Shown one piece after another: positions 30,816-40,040 of a stretch of 64,000 nucleotides of DNA. Under the pieces are notes generated by a model. The model saw only the letters and a program-made list of their open reading frames with translations, made no database searches and was not told the origin of the DNA. The stretch is taken from sequence record MH752840.1; one strand, 5' to 3'. Origin of the DNA: Escherichia phage vB_EcoM-Pr121LW. The position numbers and the translations under genes are program-made. Every line of letters begins with the position of its first letter. The stretch's first letter is position 1.

Positions 30816-32297
30816 TTACTTAGCGTACTCGATTAATTCCACAGTTTTACCAAAGCTAGGGATATAATTTTTATTATACCCTTCGGTTAGAACCCATAAA
30901 GTATCGTACTTTTTCCACTTGTTGTCAACAGCCTTTTGTTCAAAGTTATGCTCAAAGTATAGGTCGGTCAGGACGATGACATCTTTTGCATTCGGTATGT
31001 TAGCATCCAGATACTCGAACACGCAAGCAGCTGTTGTGCCCCATGTTGAGTGGACCTCATAGTTGATCATCTCGTCTATGTTGCCGCGAGTGTATACTTT
31101 AACCTCTCCAACCTCAGTTGACCAACAGAACATTGTAACCTTAAACTCTTTATACAGATTGCACAATCCTGTGATTTCATTGAACATTTTCTTTAAAGTT
31201 CTTTGAGAGATCGAGCCAGAAACGTCCAAAGCCACCACAATATCTATAGTGTTTTCCGGATTACGACCAGGAACAATAACGTGTTGGTTCTTGTTTATAG
31301 CTCCGACTTTTCGCATTGTGCTGGTCAAAGACCCAGATCGGCGACCAGGTTTTCTGTAGGTCAGTTCGGCCTTTCTTTTAGACAACATACGCTGCTTGAT
31401 GATGTCTATATAATTGATTACAGGCTTACCTCTATTCTTGACAAACTCACGAACCGCCTCAGGGCAACGACCTCCGGAAGCTTGCATTGCTGCCTCAAGC
31501 ATGTCACCAGAGTCCTGCATGGCCTGATCTTTATCAGATTGGCTGATTACAGGTTGTGGCTGATCATACCCCATCGCCTTTCCAAGATCATCACTAGTGC
31601 CACCGTTACCACTCATGTGATCGTCGGTTTGTCGTTTATCTCCTTGAGAGTTCTCGCCTTTACCGCTCTTACTTTTACCGTTATTCTGATCTCTTTGCTT
31701 ATCAAGAACTGCATAAACGTTCTCAGCAATCCATCCATGAAACTTCATGTCGCAGTAGCAGCTGGCTAAGAAGCCAAAAGGCTTACCTTTCACGAACGTA
31801 GTGCTTTTCCCCTTCGGGAAGAAAACACAAGGAGGTTTGCTAAAGTCAACCACAAGGCCTGTGTTGATAACGTGATCACAAGCAATATTGAACAGTTCCG
31901 GCTCAAAGCTTTTACCACGGACCAGGTGATCACAGATAATATGCCCCACCTCATGTGACAGAAGGAAGGCCACCTCTTTCACAGATTTTGGGGAATAGAA
32001 AACTTCAGCCATCTCAAACTGCTCGTCAGTTAGAGAAGCCTTAAGAATAGCCTTGCGTTCATCAGCCAATCCCATAATGAACTCAGGACTGTAATAGATG
32101 CGTTTATGGTCGGTTGCCATGGTGGAGCACCATGTGTGGTTTTCTACGAACTGCAACCCTGACAGTAGTGTGCCATAAAACGGCAGCTTTTCAAGGAGAT
32201 ACATACGTGCAGCCTGCAACATTCTCAGGGCATCATCTTTCTGTGAGGTAATGATTTCTGAACTTCTGCTATCCATTAAAACTCCAGAAGGGGCCAT
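30816..32297 (-). CDS. VWA-domain protein with N-terminal HExxH metallopeptidase-like motif (DUF2201-type)
   Basis: HEVGHIICDH zinc-binding motif in N-terminal half; IVVALDVSGSIS (DxSxS MIDAS) in C-terminal half. Confidence 0.65.
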   Translation of the reverse strand: MAPSGVLMDSRSSEIITSQKDDALRMLQAARMYLLEKLPFYGTLLSGLQFVENHTWCSTMATDHKRIYYSPEFIMGLADERKAILKASLTDEQFEMAEVFYSPKSVKEVAFLLSHEVGHIICDHLVRGKSFEPELFNIACDHVINTGLVVDFSKPPCVFFPKGKSTTFVKGKPFGFLASCYCDMKFHGWIAENVYAVLDKQRDQNNGKSKSGKGENSQGDKRQTDDHMSGNGGTSDDLGKAMGYDQPQPVISQSDKDQAMQDSGDMLEAAMQASGGRCPEAVREFVKNRGKPVINYIDIIKQRMLSKRKAELTYRKPGRRSGSLTSTMRKVGAINKNQHVIVPGRNPENTIDIVVALDVSGSISQRTLKKMFNEITGLCNLYKEFKVTMFCWSTEVGEVKVYTRGNIDEMINYEVHSTWGTTAACVFEYLDANIPNAKDVIVLTDLYFEHNFEQKAVDNKWKKYDTLWVLTEGYNKNYIPSFGKTVELIEYAK

Positions 32298-32309
32298 TGG
32301 CCCCTGTCA

Positions 32310-33353
32310 TTATTTAACGTGTTTGAAAATACCTGCCAACTCGGTCATTGTCATGCGGGTGGTCTTCATAAGATCTGTCATAGCTTTCTCCATAATTGGA
32401 GATACTACCATAAAGTTTCCTTTAGTGAAACCTTTATTCCAGTCGGTCACCAACAGTGGTTTAAGTCCAGCTCCGAGACGTTCACCAGTTAAAGCACAGC
32501 ATTTGCGAATATACGAACTCTTAAATTGGCTGAACGACAGATCAACTTTCATACCTGCATCGTAGAACGTTTGACAATAGAAAGTGTAAGCCTTAGCAAT
32601 CTCAACATCATCAGGCAGTGCAGGAACCTCTTCTGCAATCCCCTCTTCGACCTCCTGAGGCTCTTTTTCCTCTTCAGAGTTCTGTTCTTCAACTTCTTCT
32701 GTCACAGTCTCGTTCACGATGTCTGAAATGTGTTTGTTGGCTGCACGATCAGCCATGAAATTTTTAAAGTCCTGCATTGGTGACATATCTTCTTCCTCTT
32801 CGTCAAATAGTGCTAGTTTATCTTCTTCTGTCCCGTATTGCAAGATGAAATCTTCAAAAGTATAATCACCTTTCAATTTCTCCATACGCTCTTCGCTCAG
32901 GTGGAGCATCATCTGCTGGACAATTTTTCGATCAGTTTTGTCTTTAATCAGGATTGCAGTCTTTTTATCTACCAGACAGTCTTTCAGAGCATTGCACCTC
33001 AACCCTACCACACAACAATTGTCAATTGCGTAAGGACCTTCATCATCTATACGCTCCAAAGATGGGTAGAAAGGATTTCCCAGCCCGTTTTCATCTGTGT
33101 GCATGTCAAAAGGTATAAGGGTATAGTCGCATACTCCATCTCCTAAAAGTTTTTTACCAAATAGGAGGTATTCTTCCCATGACAGGTTGAACTCTATATC
33201 TCGTTTCCGTGCATTATTCTGTTTGCGTCTATATTTTTTAAGCAGGCGCTCTAACTCTTCTGGTGTATAATATTTTTCAAGATTCATGCGTTGTCTCTCG
33301 TGCTCTGTAAGTGAAGAAATCGTATCAATTGTTTCAATAGATGTCAACATCAA
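32310..33353 (-). CDS. hypothetical protein with acidic low-complexity segment; possible degenerate HNH-like region
   Basis: 347 aa; SLERIDDEGPYAIDNCCVVGLRCNALK loosely resembles an HNH core without the catalytic His; EEEEDMS / EEVEEQNSEEEKEPQEVEE acidic stretch. Confidence 0.4.
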   Translation of the reverse strand: MMLTSIETIDTISSLTEHERQRMNLEKYYTPEELERLLKKYRRKQNNARKRDIEFNLSWEEYLLFGKKLLGDGVCDYTLIPFDMHTDENGLGNPFYPSLERIDDEGPYAIDNCCVVGLRCNALKDCLVDKKTAILIKDKTDRKIVQQMMLHLSEERMEKLKGDYTFEDFILQYGTEEDKLALFDEEEEDMSPMQDFKNFMADRAANKHISDIVNETVTEEVEEQNSEEEKEPQEVEEGIAEEVPALPDDVEIAKAYTFYCQTFYDAGMKVDLSFSQFKSSYIRKCCALTGERLGAGLKPLLVTDWNKGFTKGNFMVVSPIMEKAMTDLMKTTRMTMTELAGIFKHVK

Positions 33354-33360
33354 AAACGTG

Positions 33361-33389
33361 TTGACTTTACTCTAAATCTCCGATATAGT
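33361..33389 (+). promoter_or_regulatory. sigma70-type promoter (TTGACT-17-TATAGT) in divergent intergenic region
   Basis: Hexamers with 17-nt spacer upstream of 33430 gene. Confidence 0.55.
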
Positions 33390-33429
33390 GCACCCATTCG
33401 AAAGAAAACTAACATAGGAGCACTTACTT

Positions 33430-34329
33430 ATGGCAAATCTTAACAGTTTTAGTACGCGGTGGAAACAGGACATAACAACCAATCTTTCAGCTGGGGACAT
33501 CCTTTCTGCAATTTACGAGGCTTTAGATGATAAAGCTACTTCAAAAGCGGTTTGTACCAACCCACTAATTCCTGTAGTGATGAAGGTTATTGAGCGTAGA
33601 TTGGTATCTGGGTCTGATAAGTGGACATATTTAGATAATGAAGGACACACCTATTCCAATGGGTATGTCGATATAAAAGTAGAATACGCGGTATCATACC
33701 GCCGGAGCGGTTCTGTAACTTTCAACTTCTCTGGAGGTTTTCGATCTCTGGCTACCTCACCTTTTGTTTCCTCAGAGGAGAAGTATGAGCTGCCATTTCT
33801 TTGGATGATGGCTAACGCGACAGGAAAAACCCCCGTTAGCATCCGAGTAAAATACAACTACAACGGATCTAGTAAGATCTATGCCGAAAGTGTCTCAGCA
33901 AGTTTTTATTTTGTGATGGGGGATGGAATCCTCAAACATATAAAGATGTGCGATATGCATGATGTTATAAATGAAGTGACTGATAAGAATGTTCTAGTGA
34001 AAGACCTCAACAATTTTTATACACCCGGAGACTATTACGTCAGCCGTCCACTGTGCATCTTTAATGCCGCACACCCTCTAGGTGAGTATTTGATCGCCAA
34101 TAGCGATATTGCCAATAACCGCTTCGAGGTAGCAAGAGTTCAGAATGAGGTATTGACATCTTGCAAGAGCGGTGATACGTTTACCGAAGAAGAGATGGGT
34201 GTTTTAGAAATGATGGGATATAAGTGTAGCCTTTGGGTAGATGAGGTGTTTAATGATTGCATCTATGGACAGGATATTTACCCATTAAAGAAGTATACTG
34301 ATACAAGTTTAATTTATGCGAGGGTTTGA
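33430..34329 (+). CDS. hypothetical protein
   Basis: 299-aa ORF, RBS taggag, first gene downstream of promoter 33361-33389. Confidence 0.5.
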   Translation: MANLNSFSTRWKQDITTNLSAGDILSAIYEALDDKATSKAVCTNPLIPVVMKVIERRLVSGSDKWTYLDNEGHTYSNGYVDIKVEYAVSYRRSGSVTFNFSGGFRSLATSPFVSSEEKYELPFLWMMANATGKTPVSIRVKYNYNGSSKIYAESVSASFYFVMGDGILKHIKMCDMHDVINEVTDKNVLVKDLNNFYTPGDYYVSRPLCIFNAAHPLGEYLIANSDIANNRFEVARVQNEVLTSCKSGDTFTEEEMGVLEMMGYKCSLWVDEVFNDCIYGQDIYPLKKYTDTSLIYARV

Positions 34330-34331
34330 CT

Positions 34332-34604
34332 ATGATGAAGGCATGTGGTAATGTATATTACGTCGGTGAACATGTTCAGGCAGACAGTGTGTGGAAATCT
34401 ATTAAGTCCACCACTGACGATGCCTTTCTGAGTGGACTATGTTTCCCCAATCCGGGAGACATCCTCCCTCATCCTGGAGATTTTGTTGTCAACAAGATGG
34501 ACGGTTATACCGTGTGCCTGATGGTTGAAAAAATCTTTTTAGACACTAGACACAATCACCGTCTTGTGTTAAAATTTCAAGAATGTAAAATGACAATTGC
34601 CTAA
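34332..34604 (+). CDS. hypothetical protein
   Basis: ATG 34332 with gaggg 8 nt upstream; track start 34326 is TTG. Confidence 0.4.
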   Translation: MMKACGNVYYVGEHVQADSVWKSIKSTTDDAFLSGLCFPNPGDILPHPGDFVVNKMDGYTVCLMVEKIFLDTRHNHRLVLKFQECKMTIA

Positions 34605-34617
34605 GGAGACCTTACCG

Positions 34618-34974
34618 ATGTCTAAAGTTACTTATCGTGCAGCTATTTACTGCAATGAACACCCAATCAATAATGATGGTCACTGCCTTTTCAAAGAAAA
34701 TCAGTTGGGATGTATTGTCCTCCCTGATGAAGGGGAAGGTTATCTGATTGCATTAACAGGGTTTGAGCCTGAAGCTTTGGAAGCCAATCTGGACTACCTG
34801 GTAGAAGAGGGTGCTGCAGACCTGGTTGCCAATGGCTTCCCCGTAAGCCTTGACGAAGTGGAGCGCTTCATGGGCAATTACCGTGTAGTGCGTGAGTTTA
34901 CTATCGAGGTGGAAACTCCAGAGTGGGGCAGCCATGAAACTAATGCCGAAGAAAAAGAAGAGGGGGTAGAATAA
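34618..34974 (+). CDS. hypothetical protein
   Basis: ATG 34618 with RBS aaggag; track start 34597 is TTG inside upstream gene. Confidence 0.4.
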   Translation: MSKVTYRAAIYCNEHPINNDGHCLFKENQLGCIVLPDEGEGYLIALTGFEPEALEANLDYLVEEGAADLVANGFPVSLDEVERFMGNYRVVREFTIEVETPEWGSHETNAEEKEEGVE

Positions 34975-35231
34975 TGAAAGTGCAGATCTTGACTAATGCC
35001 GAGAAGATGTTTATCGAAGATACACCTTTTGAAGCTGGTGAGCTACAGTTCGTTTATTTTGTTGACTTAGATAAGGTGTTCCCTGCACTGAATCTGGGTC
35101 TGGATGAAGTTCCTCATAAGGTTTTGTGCCAAGTTGTTCGTGCATTAGCGGCAGATGGAGAGTTCCACACCCTTCAAGATGTCCAGACCTACGGGTATCT
35201 TGAACTACAACGAGAAGAAGAGGTGGACTGA
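34974..35231 (+). CDS. hypothetical acidic protein
   Basis: 85-aa ORF, start overlaps upstream stop. Confidence 0.4.
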   Translation: MKVQILTNAEKMFIEDTPFEAGELQFVYFVDLDKVFPALNLGLDEVPHKVLCQVVRALAADGEFHTLQDVQTYGYLELQREEEVD

Positions 35232-35233
35232 TA

Positions 35234-35614
35234 ATGGCCCGGTGGAAGACAACAATTGACCTGCATGATCAGTGGTTAGGACGCATCACTGAAGACGGGA
35301 AACTAGTGGAGTGGGACAATAAGCATGTTAGCGAGTTGGCAAGCATTGTGGCTGGCAAGTTACGCTCCAAGTTCCCTGAACAACTGGATCCTGATAATTC
35401 AAAGTTCGATCCTGAGTTGGAGGATGTTGTATACTACTTCGATACCGTGGATGACTACGATGCGTGGTTTGCAGCACGGGAGCTTTACCCACAAGGCTCT
35501 GCTATGCGCCAGATGGAAGAAGATTATCCTCCGTGCGAGCAATTTAATAGCGCAATGACTTGCCTCTACGATTGGGCAGATAAGAACCTTGTCTGGATTC
35601 GGACTGCATTTTAG
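35234..35614 (+). CDS. hypothetical protein
   Basis: 126-aa ORF, RBS aggtgga. Confidence 0.45.
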   Translation: MARWKTTIDLHDQWLGRITEDGKLVEWDNKHVSELASIVAGKLRSKFPEQLDPDNSKFDPELEDVVYYFDTVDDYDAWFAARELYPQGSAMRQMEEDYPPCEQFNSAMTCLYDWADKNLVWIRTAF

Positions 35615-35658
35615 TGGGCAGGAATGGCGGCAAGGATGCTGCTTAAGGAGTAGTAGAG

Positions 35659-35928
35659 ATGTTATACCAGCAATATGAACTTCGTGCAGAAAAAGAGTTA
35701 AATTTTGACAAAGATATTCACAGATATTATTATGGGAAAGTTAGAGGGCAAGCAAGAAAGTGTACTCCAACACTCTTTTATGCCAGCAGACGACTAGCGC
35801 CAGAAGAGGCAACAGCAGAAAGGGTTGCGTACAACTGGAGAGTCACGTATGATATTGACAGATCCGATGTGATATCTGTTTTGGAAAACTTTGAAAACAC
35901 TTACACACAAGTAGAGGACTTTTACTAA
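35659..35928 (+). CDS. hypothetical protein
   Basis: 89-aa ORF, RBS aaggag. Confidence 0.4.
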   Translation: MLYQQYELRAEKELNFDKDIHRYYYGKVRGQARKCTPTLFYASRRLAPEEATAERVAYNWRVTYDIDRSDVISVLENFENTYTQVEDFY

Positions 35929-37112
35929 TGTCAAGAAACGTATTTGAAAGTGGTCAAATCACTGTCCGTGAGTTGCCAGCTATCATTCAGTTTGCCCAGC
36001 GTCATAACCGATCTGTCCTGATTTTAGGACCAATGGGCGTGGGAAAGAGCCAAGTGATGAAGCAGATCGCCGATAATATGTTCGGTGAGCGAGATGATAA
36101 CTTGGTTGACGTGCGACTGTCAGATAAAGATCCTGCCGACTTATCTGGGCTACCTATCCCTGTAGAAGCGGATGGAACTACACGTACAGTATTTGCAATT
36201 CCAGAATTTTGGCCTGCGGATCCTGACTGGAGCGGAATTATCTTTCTGGATGAGCTCACTCATGCAGATAACTACCTGCAAAAGGTTGCAATGCAAATTA
36301 TGCTCGACCACAAGTGCGGTACCTATGCATTCCCTAAGGGTTCTGTTTTTGTGGCTGCTGGTAACCGTTCTACAGATGGTGCGGTTCTTTCGGCGCTCGA
36401 AGCCCCTCTGGCTAACCGTTTTATCATTGTAGAAGTTACAAGCAATGCAGAGGTGTTTATTGAGGACTACGCATTCCTTAATGGGGTGCACTCCTCTGTA
36501 ATTGGATATCTGAAAAGAGTTCCATCAGCTATCGATAATTATGAGGCCATGGCTGAGATTAATTGTCCATCTTTTGCCACACCACGATCTTGGGTTGCTG
36601 CATCTGATATCTTGCACGATTTTGACAGCGGTATTATTTCTGACGCTATGGCCCGTGTTCTTCTGCAAGGTGCTATCGGTCACACTGCAGCGGTAGAGAT
36701 CTGGACTTACCACACCAAGAAACGCAACTTACCGGAAATCGGTCGGATTATGGCAGGAGGTTGCAAAGAATATGTAGGTCCTAAACAGCCAGACATCTTG
36801 TGGATTCTTGGATCTGAAGGCTGTATCGCTATTCGTAATATGATGGAAAATGCAAGTATCTCCGACGAAGATCTTGTTAGCTGTGTGGCAAACTTCCTCG
36901 ATTTCCTTTGGGAAAACTTCAAGGACGAGAACCGAGATTTTGTATTCTCGGTCTTTATGGCGATGATGAAACCTAATGCCTTAGGAAATGCCTTGCTTAT
37001 CGGTAAAGGTCGTGACAAGATTGTTGCTCAGCTGATCAAAGCATACCCAAACCTGATGAAGATTGTAAAAGAGTTTGGTGAAGAGTTTAGCGCCATTTTG
37101 GCTAAAGCTTAA
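35928..37112 (+). CDS. AAA+ ATPase, MoxR/AAA_5-like
   Basis: Walker A LILGPMGVGKSQV and Walker B IIFLDELTHAD; size and layout typical of MoxR-type ATPases. Confidence 0.65.
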   Translation: MSRNVFESGQITVRELPAIIQFAQRHNRSVLILGPMGVGKSQVMKQIADNMFGERDDNLVDVRLSDKDPADLSGLPIPVEADGTTRTVFAIPEFWPADPDWSGIIFLDELTHADNYLQKVAMQIMLDHKCGTYAFPKGSVFVAAGNRSTDGAVLSALEAPLANRFIIVEVTSNAEVFIEDYAFLNGVHSSVIGYLKRVPSAIDNYEAMAEINCPSFATPRSWVAASDILHDFDSGIISDAMARVLLQGAIGHTAAVEIWTYHTKKRNLPEIGRIMAGGCKEYVGPKQPDILWILGSEGCIAIRNMMENASISDEDLVSCVANFLDFLWENFKDENRDFVFSVFMAMMKPNALGNALLIGKGRDKIVAQLIKAYPNLMKIVKEFGEEFSAILAKA

Positions 37113-37121
37113 GGAGGTTGT

Positions 37122-37502
37122 ATGGCTAAAGTAGGTAAGCGGGGGAACTACCTGGTGATATTGACCGAGGAGCCGGAGAAGGAGTATGAATGCAGCTCCA
37201 CTTGCGTGATCGATATCCGAGAAAAAGATGTAGATGAAATCTGGTTTAAAATATTGGACGCTTGCGATAGCAGTGATTATTTCTTCATCTATGTCAACGA
37301 TAAGGCTGGGTTCTTCCATGACGACGGAGAGTTGCCGTATGAAATCTATGAACTTGTAGAGGCTTGCCATCGTGGAGATGCGGAGTTGTTTGGCTTACGG
37401 CTGAAAAGCGGTAAATTCTTCTATCAAGATGAGTGCATGAATCTTCATAACTTTGTAGAGGGAACTTGCAACGATGGAGAGATTTTGGCACACTACGATT
37501 AA
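37122..37502 (+). CDS. hypothetical protein
   Basis: 126-aa ORF, RBS aaggagg; followed by terminator. Confidence 0.45.
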   Translation: MAKVGKRGNYLVILTEEPEKEYECSSTCVIDIREKDVDEIWFKILDACDSSDYFFIYVNDKAGFFHDDGELPYEIYELVEACHRGDAELFGLRLKSGKFFYQDECMNLHNFVEGTCNDGEILAHYD

Positions 37503-37514
37503 TTTCTAAGACCA

Positions 37515-37541
37515 CCCCGCTTCGGCGGGGATTTTCTATTT
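37515..37541 (+). terminator. rho-independent terminator
   Basis: ccccgcttcggcgggg hairpin (identical to the one at 11375) followed by attttctattt. Confidence 0.7.
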
Positions 37542-37550
37542 GGAGTTATT

Positions 37551-38051
37551 GTGAAAATTAAGATCTTTGCTATTATTTTGAGCGCATTTTTATCGCTGCC
37601 TGTTGTTGCAGCACCAAAACAAAAAGTATACCATACTTGCAAGCCATCAGATACTAAGGAAAACATTCTAGCATGCAATATCTACAGGGAAGCTAGAGGG
37701 GATGGCACGATGGGTATGCTGGCATCTGGGTTTGCCACCCTAAACAGGAAATCTCATCCCAAATACCCAGACACTATAAGAAAGATTGTCTACCAACCTA
37801 ATCAGTTTTCGTGGACAAACTACGGCAAAACTTTTAAGGTGACAGAAAAAGATTCATGGGATCACGCTAAAAGTCTTGCAAAGATGCTTCTAAAGGTCTA
37901 TAATAACAACCATGTTGCATACATGGCTATGGATATAACAGGTGGAGCAACACACTACCATACAACCAAAGTACGACCGAAATGGGCAAAAAAGATGCAG
38001 AGGACAGCTCAATTCGGGAGCCATATCTACTACAAGGAGCGCAATAAATGA
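37551..38051 (+). CDS. secreted cell-wall hydrolase (SleB/Hydrolase_2-like)
   Basis: N-terminal signal peptide MKIKIFAIILSAFLSLPVVAAP; NIYREARGDGTMGMLASGFATLNRKSHPKYPDTIRKIVYQPNQFSW matches Hydrolase_2 core. Confidence 0.55.
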   Translation: MKIKIFAIILSAFLSLPVVAAPKQKVYHTCKPSDTKENILACNIYREARGDGTMGMLASGFATLNRKSHPKYPDTIRKIVYQPNQFSWTNYGKTFKVTEKDSWDHAKSLAKMLLKVYNNNHVAYMAMDITGGATHYHTTKVRPKWAKKMQRTAQFGSHIYYKERNK

Positions 38052-40030
38052 TCGTAAACAGTAATGAAACTAAAGCGGTACTGACCGGGAATATGGAGGT
38101 AACCAGGGGATCAATTTCTCTGAACAAAGAGACTTTTGGGCTAATCATTAAAGGGATTTACGAAGATAAGGTGCTGGCAAGCTGCCGTGAACCAATCTTC
38201 AATGCTGTGGACTCTCATGTTGAGTCTGGACGTGGTGATGTACCGATCATCATTCACTCTCCTACAGACCTTGAACCATACTTCTTTGTACAGGACGTTG
38301 GATTGGGCATGTCAGAAGAGATGGTCCGCAACACTTTCATGAACCTCGGGGAGTCAACCAAGCGCAACAGCAACGCTCTGGTAGGTAATAAAGGTGTTGG
38401 TTCAAAGGCTCCGTTCAGCATGGTGGACACTTTCGATGTGATCAGCGTGCATAACGGTGTTGAAAGCACATATCTATTGTTCTTGGATCAGGGTATCCCA
38501 AACGTTACCAAGATCCGCGAGCGGAAGACTGAAGAGCACAACGGGGTAAAAGTTCAGTTCCATGTTAAGAAAGAGCATGTCCTGAAATATCGCACTGCTA
38601 TTGCATCGTGCTTACGCTATGCGAAGTTTCCGTTCACCGTCACCGATCCCATGACCAGTAAGATGTTAGAAGGTGACAAGGTTGAGGCACAGTATCGTTA
38701 CGAGAAGGATGGCTGGAAAATGACCATCCTGAAAGGTTATACCAGTTCTGATGAGAGCCGTGTTGTGATGGGTCACCAACCTTACCGCTCTAAGTTCCTG
38801 GAGACATTGACCGATTACCCTGCAATCTGCGTGGAAATTCCTATTGGGGATTGCAATATTAACCCTGGGCGTGAATGGACCATAGAGGGCCATGACGACG
38901 GTGGATTCCAGGATCGCCTGGAGGCCTTTGTCAAAGAAGGTATACGTCTTCGCGGGGCAGAAGTTGTTGCAGAACTGGAGACGGCAAAAACCTCCGCAGA
39001 AGCACGTGAAATGATGAAGAATAGTGGTGTGTTCGGACACATCTTCGGCAAAAACTTTATGTGGAACCGTTGGGAAGAAACAGGGCTTGGTGACTTAGGC
39101 GATTGTGAAATTTTCGCTGGCGGCTTAAATAAGGGCCGCATAGGCTATGCTCGTTACGGAAAGTCGGAGTTCTTACGAGGTGTATACCTTGTATTTAACG
39201 ACGGAGACGGCAAATATAACCGGAATAAGTGTAACTACTTAAGCGAGATCACCGGACGCAACGTTTTCTATTGCCGTAACACGGATCTGGTGGAAGAGTT
39301 TAAAGAAGCGGCACACCACCCGTTCTTTGCAGATACGGTCAAATTGTTATCAGAACTCCCTCGCCGACCTGTCAAGAAAGGTGAAACAAAAACTCGTTAT
39401 GAGCCAGGCTATTGGGTTAAAAAACTTGAGAAGGATGGTTACTTCCGCCGTGAGCGTATTACTAAGGCAGAGTTCCGGAAGATTAAACACTGCATCCCTT
39501 ATGAGGGTGATATCCAACGTGGAAGTTGTTGGCTGGGGCAGATGAGTAACATCTACCAGCAAAATTATGACCGTGTGCGTGCGGCACTTCAGATTCCTGA
39601 AGGTGAAGATCTGTACCTGGTATCAGAATCTCGTCTGCTTTGGACTGGTCCTGATTGCCAGTATGTTACAGAGAAAAATGTGGAACATTTGTTGAAAGAG
39701 GACGCCTGGCAATTCTTACTGACTCGCGCAGCAAATGAAACTTCATATGACAGCCTGTATAGACAATTAGGGAAAATTATCCCCATGCAAGATTTTGGAA
39801 ATTATCGGCCACATTTCCACAAGTGGGAAGGTAACACCGCGTGGAAGCACAGTGAGCTAAATCATCGTGCCAAAATCTTAATCGCTAACCGAGTCAAGTG
39901 CGGGAAGGCCTATATTGCAAGATTGGAAAAGAAATATCCGCTTTTGAAGCATGTGGGCTTGAAATATTGGGACACTCCTGCTATGATTGAATACCGTGAA
40001 CTGATCGACGCAAAGAATAACACCAAATAA
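38048..40030 (+). CDS. rIIA: rIIA-like protein with GHKL-type ATPase motifs
   Basis: N-box-like EPIFNAVDSH, G1-like VQDVGLGMSEEM, G2-like GNKGVGSKAPF; 660 aa; adjacent to rIIB-like gene. Confidence 0.55.
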   Translation: MIVNSNETKAVLTGNMEVTRGSISLNKETFGLIIKGIYEDKVLASCREPIFNAVDSHVESGRGDVPIIIHSPTDLEPYFFVQDVGLGMSEEMVRNTFMNLGESTKRNSNALVGNKGVGSKAPFSMVDTFDVISVHNGVESTYLLFLDQGIPNVTKIRERKTEEHNGVKVQFHVKKEHVLKYRTAIASCLRYAKFPFTVTDPMTSKMLEGDKVEAQYRYEKDGWKMTILKGYTSSDESRVVMGHQPYRSKFLETLTDYPAICVEIPIGDCNINPGREWTIEGHDDGGFQDRLEAFVKEGIRLRGAEVVAELETAKTSAEAREMMKNSGVFGHIFGKNFMWNRWEETGLGDLGDCEIFAGGLNKGRIGYARYGKSEFLRGVYLVFNDGDGKYNRNKCNYLSEITGRNVFYCRNTDLVEEFKEAAHHPFFADTVKLLSELPRRPVKKGETKTRYEPGYWVKKLEKDGYFRRERITKAEFRKIKHCIPYEGDIQRGSCWLGQMSNIYQQNYDRVRAALQIPEGEDLYLVSESRLLWTGPDCQYVTEKNVEHLLKEDAWQFLLTRAANETSYDSLYRQLGKIIPMQDFGNYRPHFHKWEGNTAWKHSELNHRAKILIANRVKCGKAYIARLEKKYPLLKHVGLKYWDTPAMIEYRELIDAKNNTK

Positions 40031-40040
40031 GGAGACAGCT

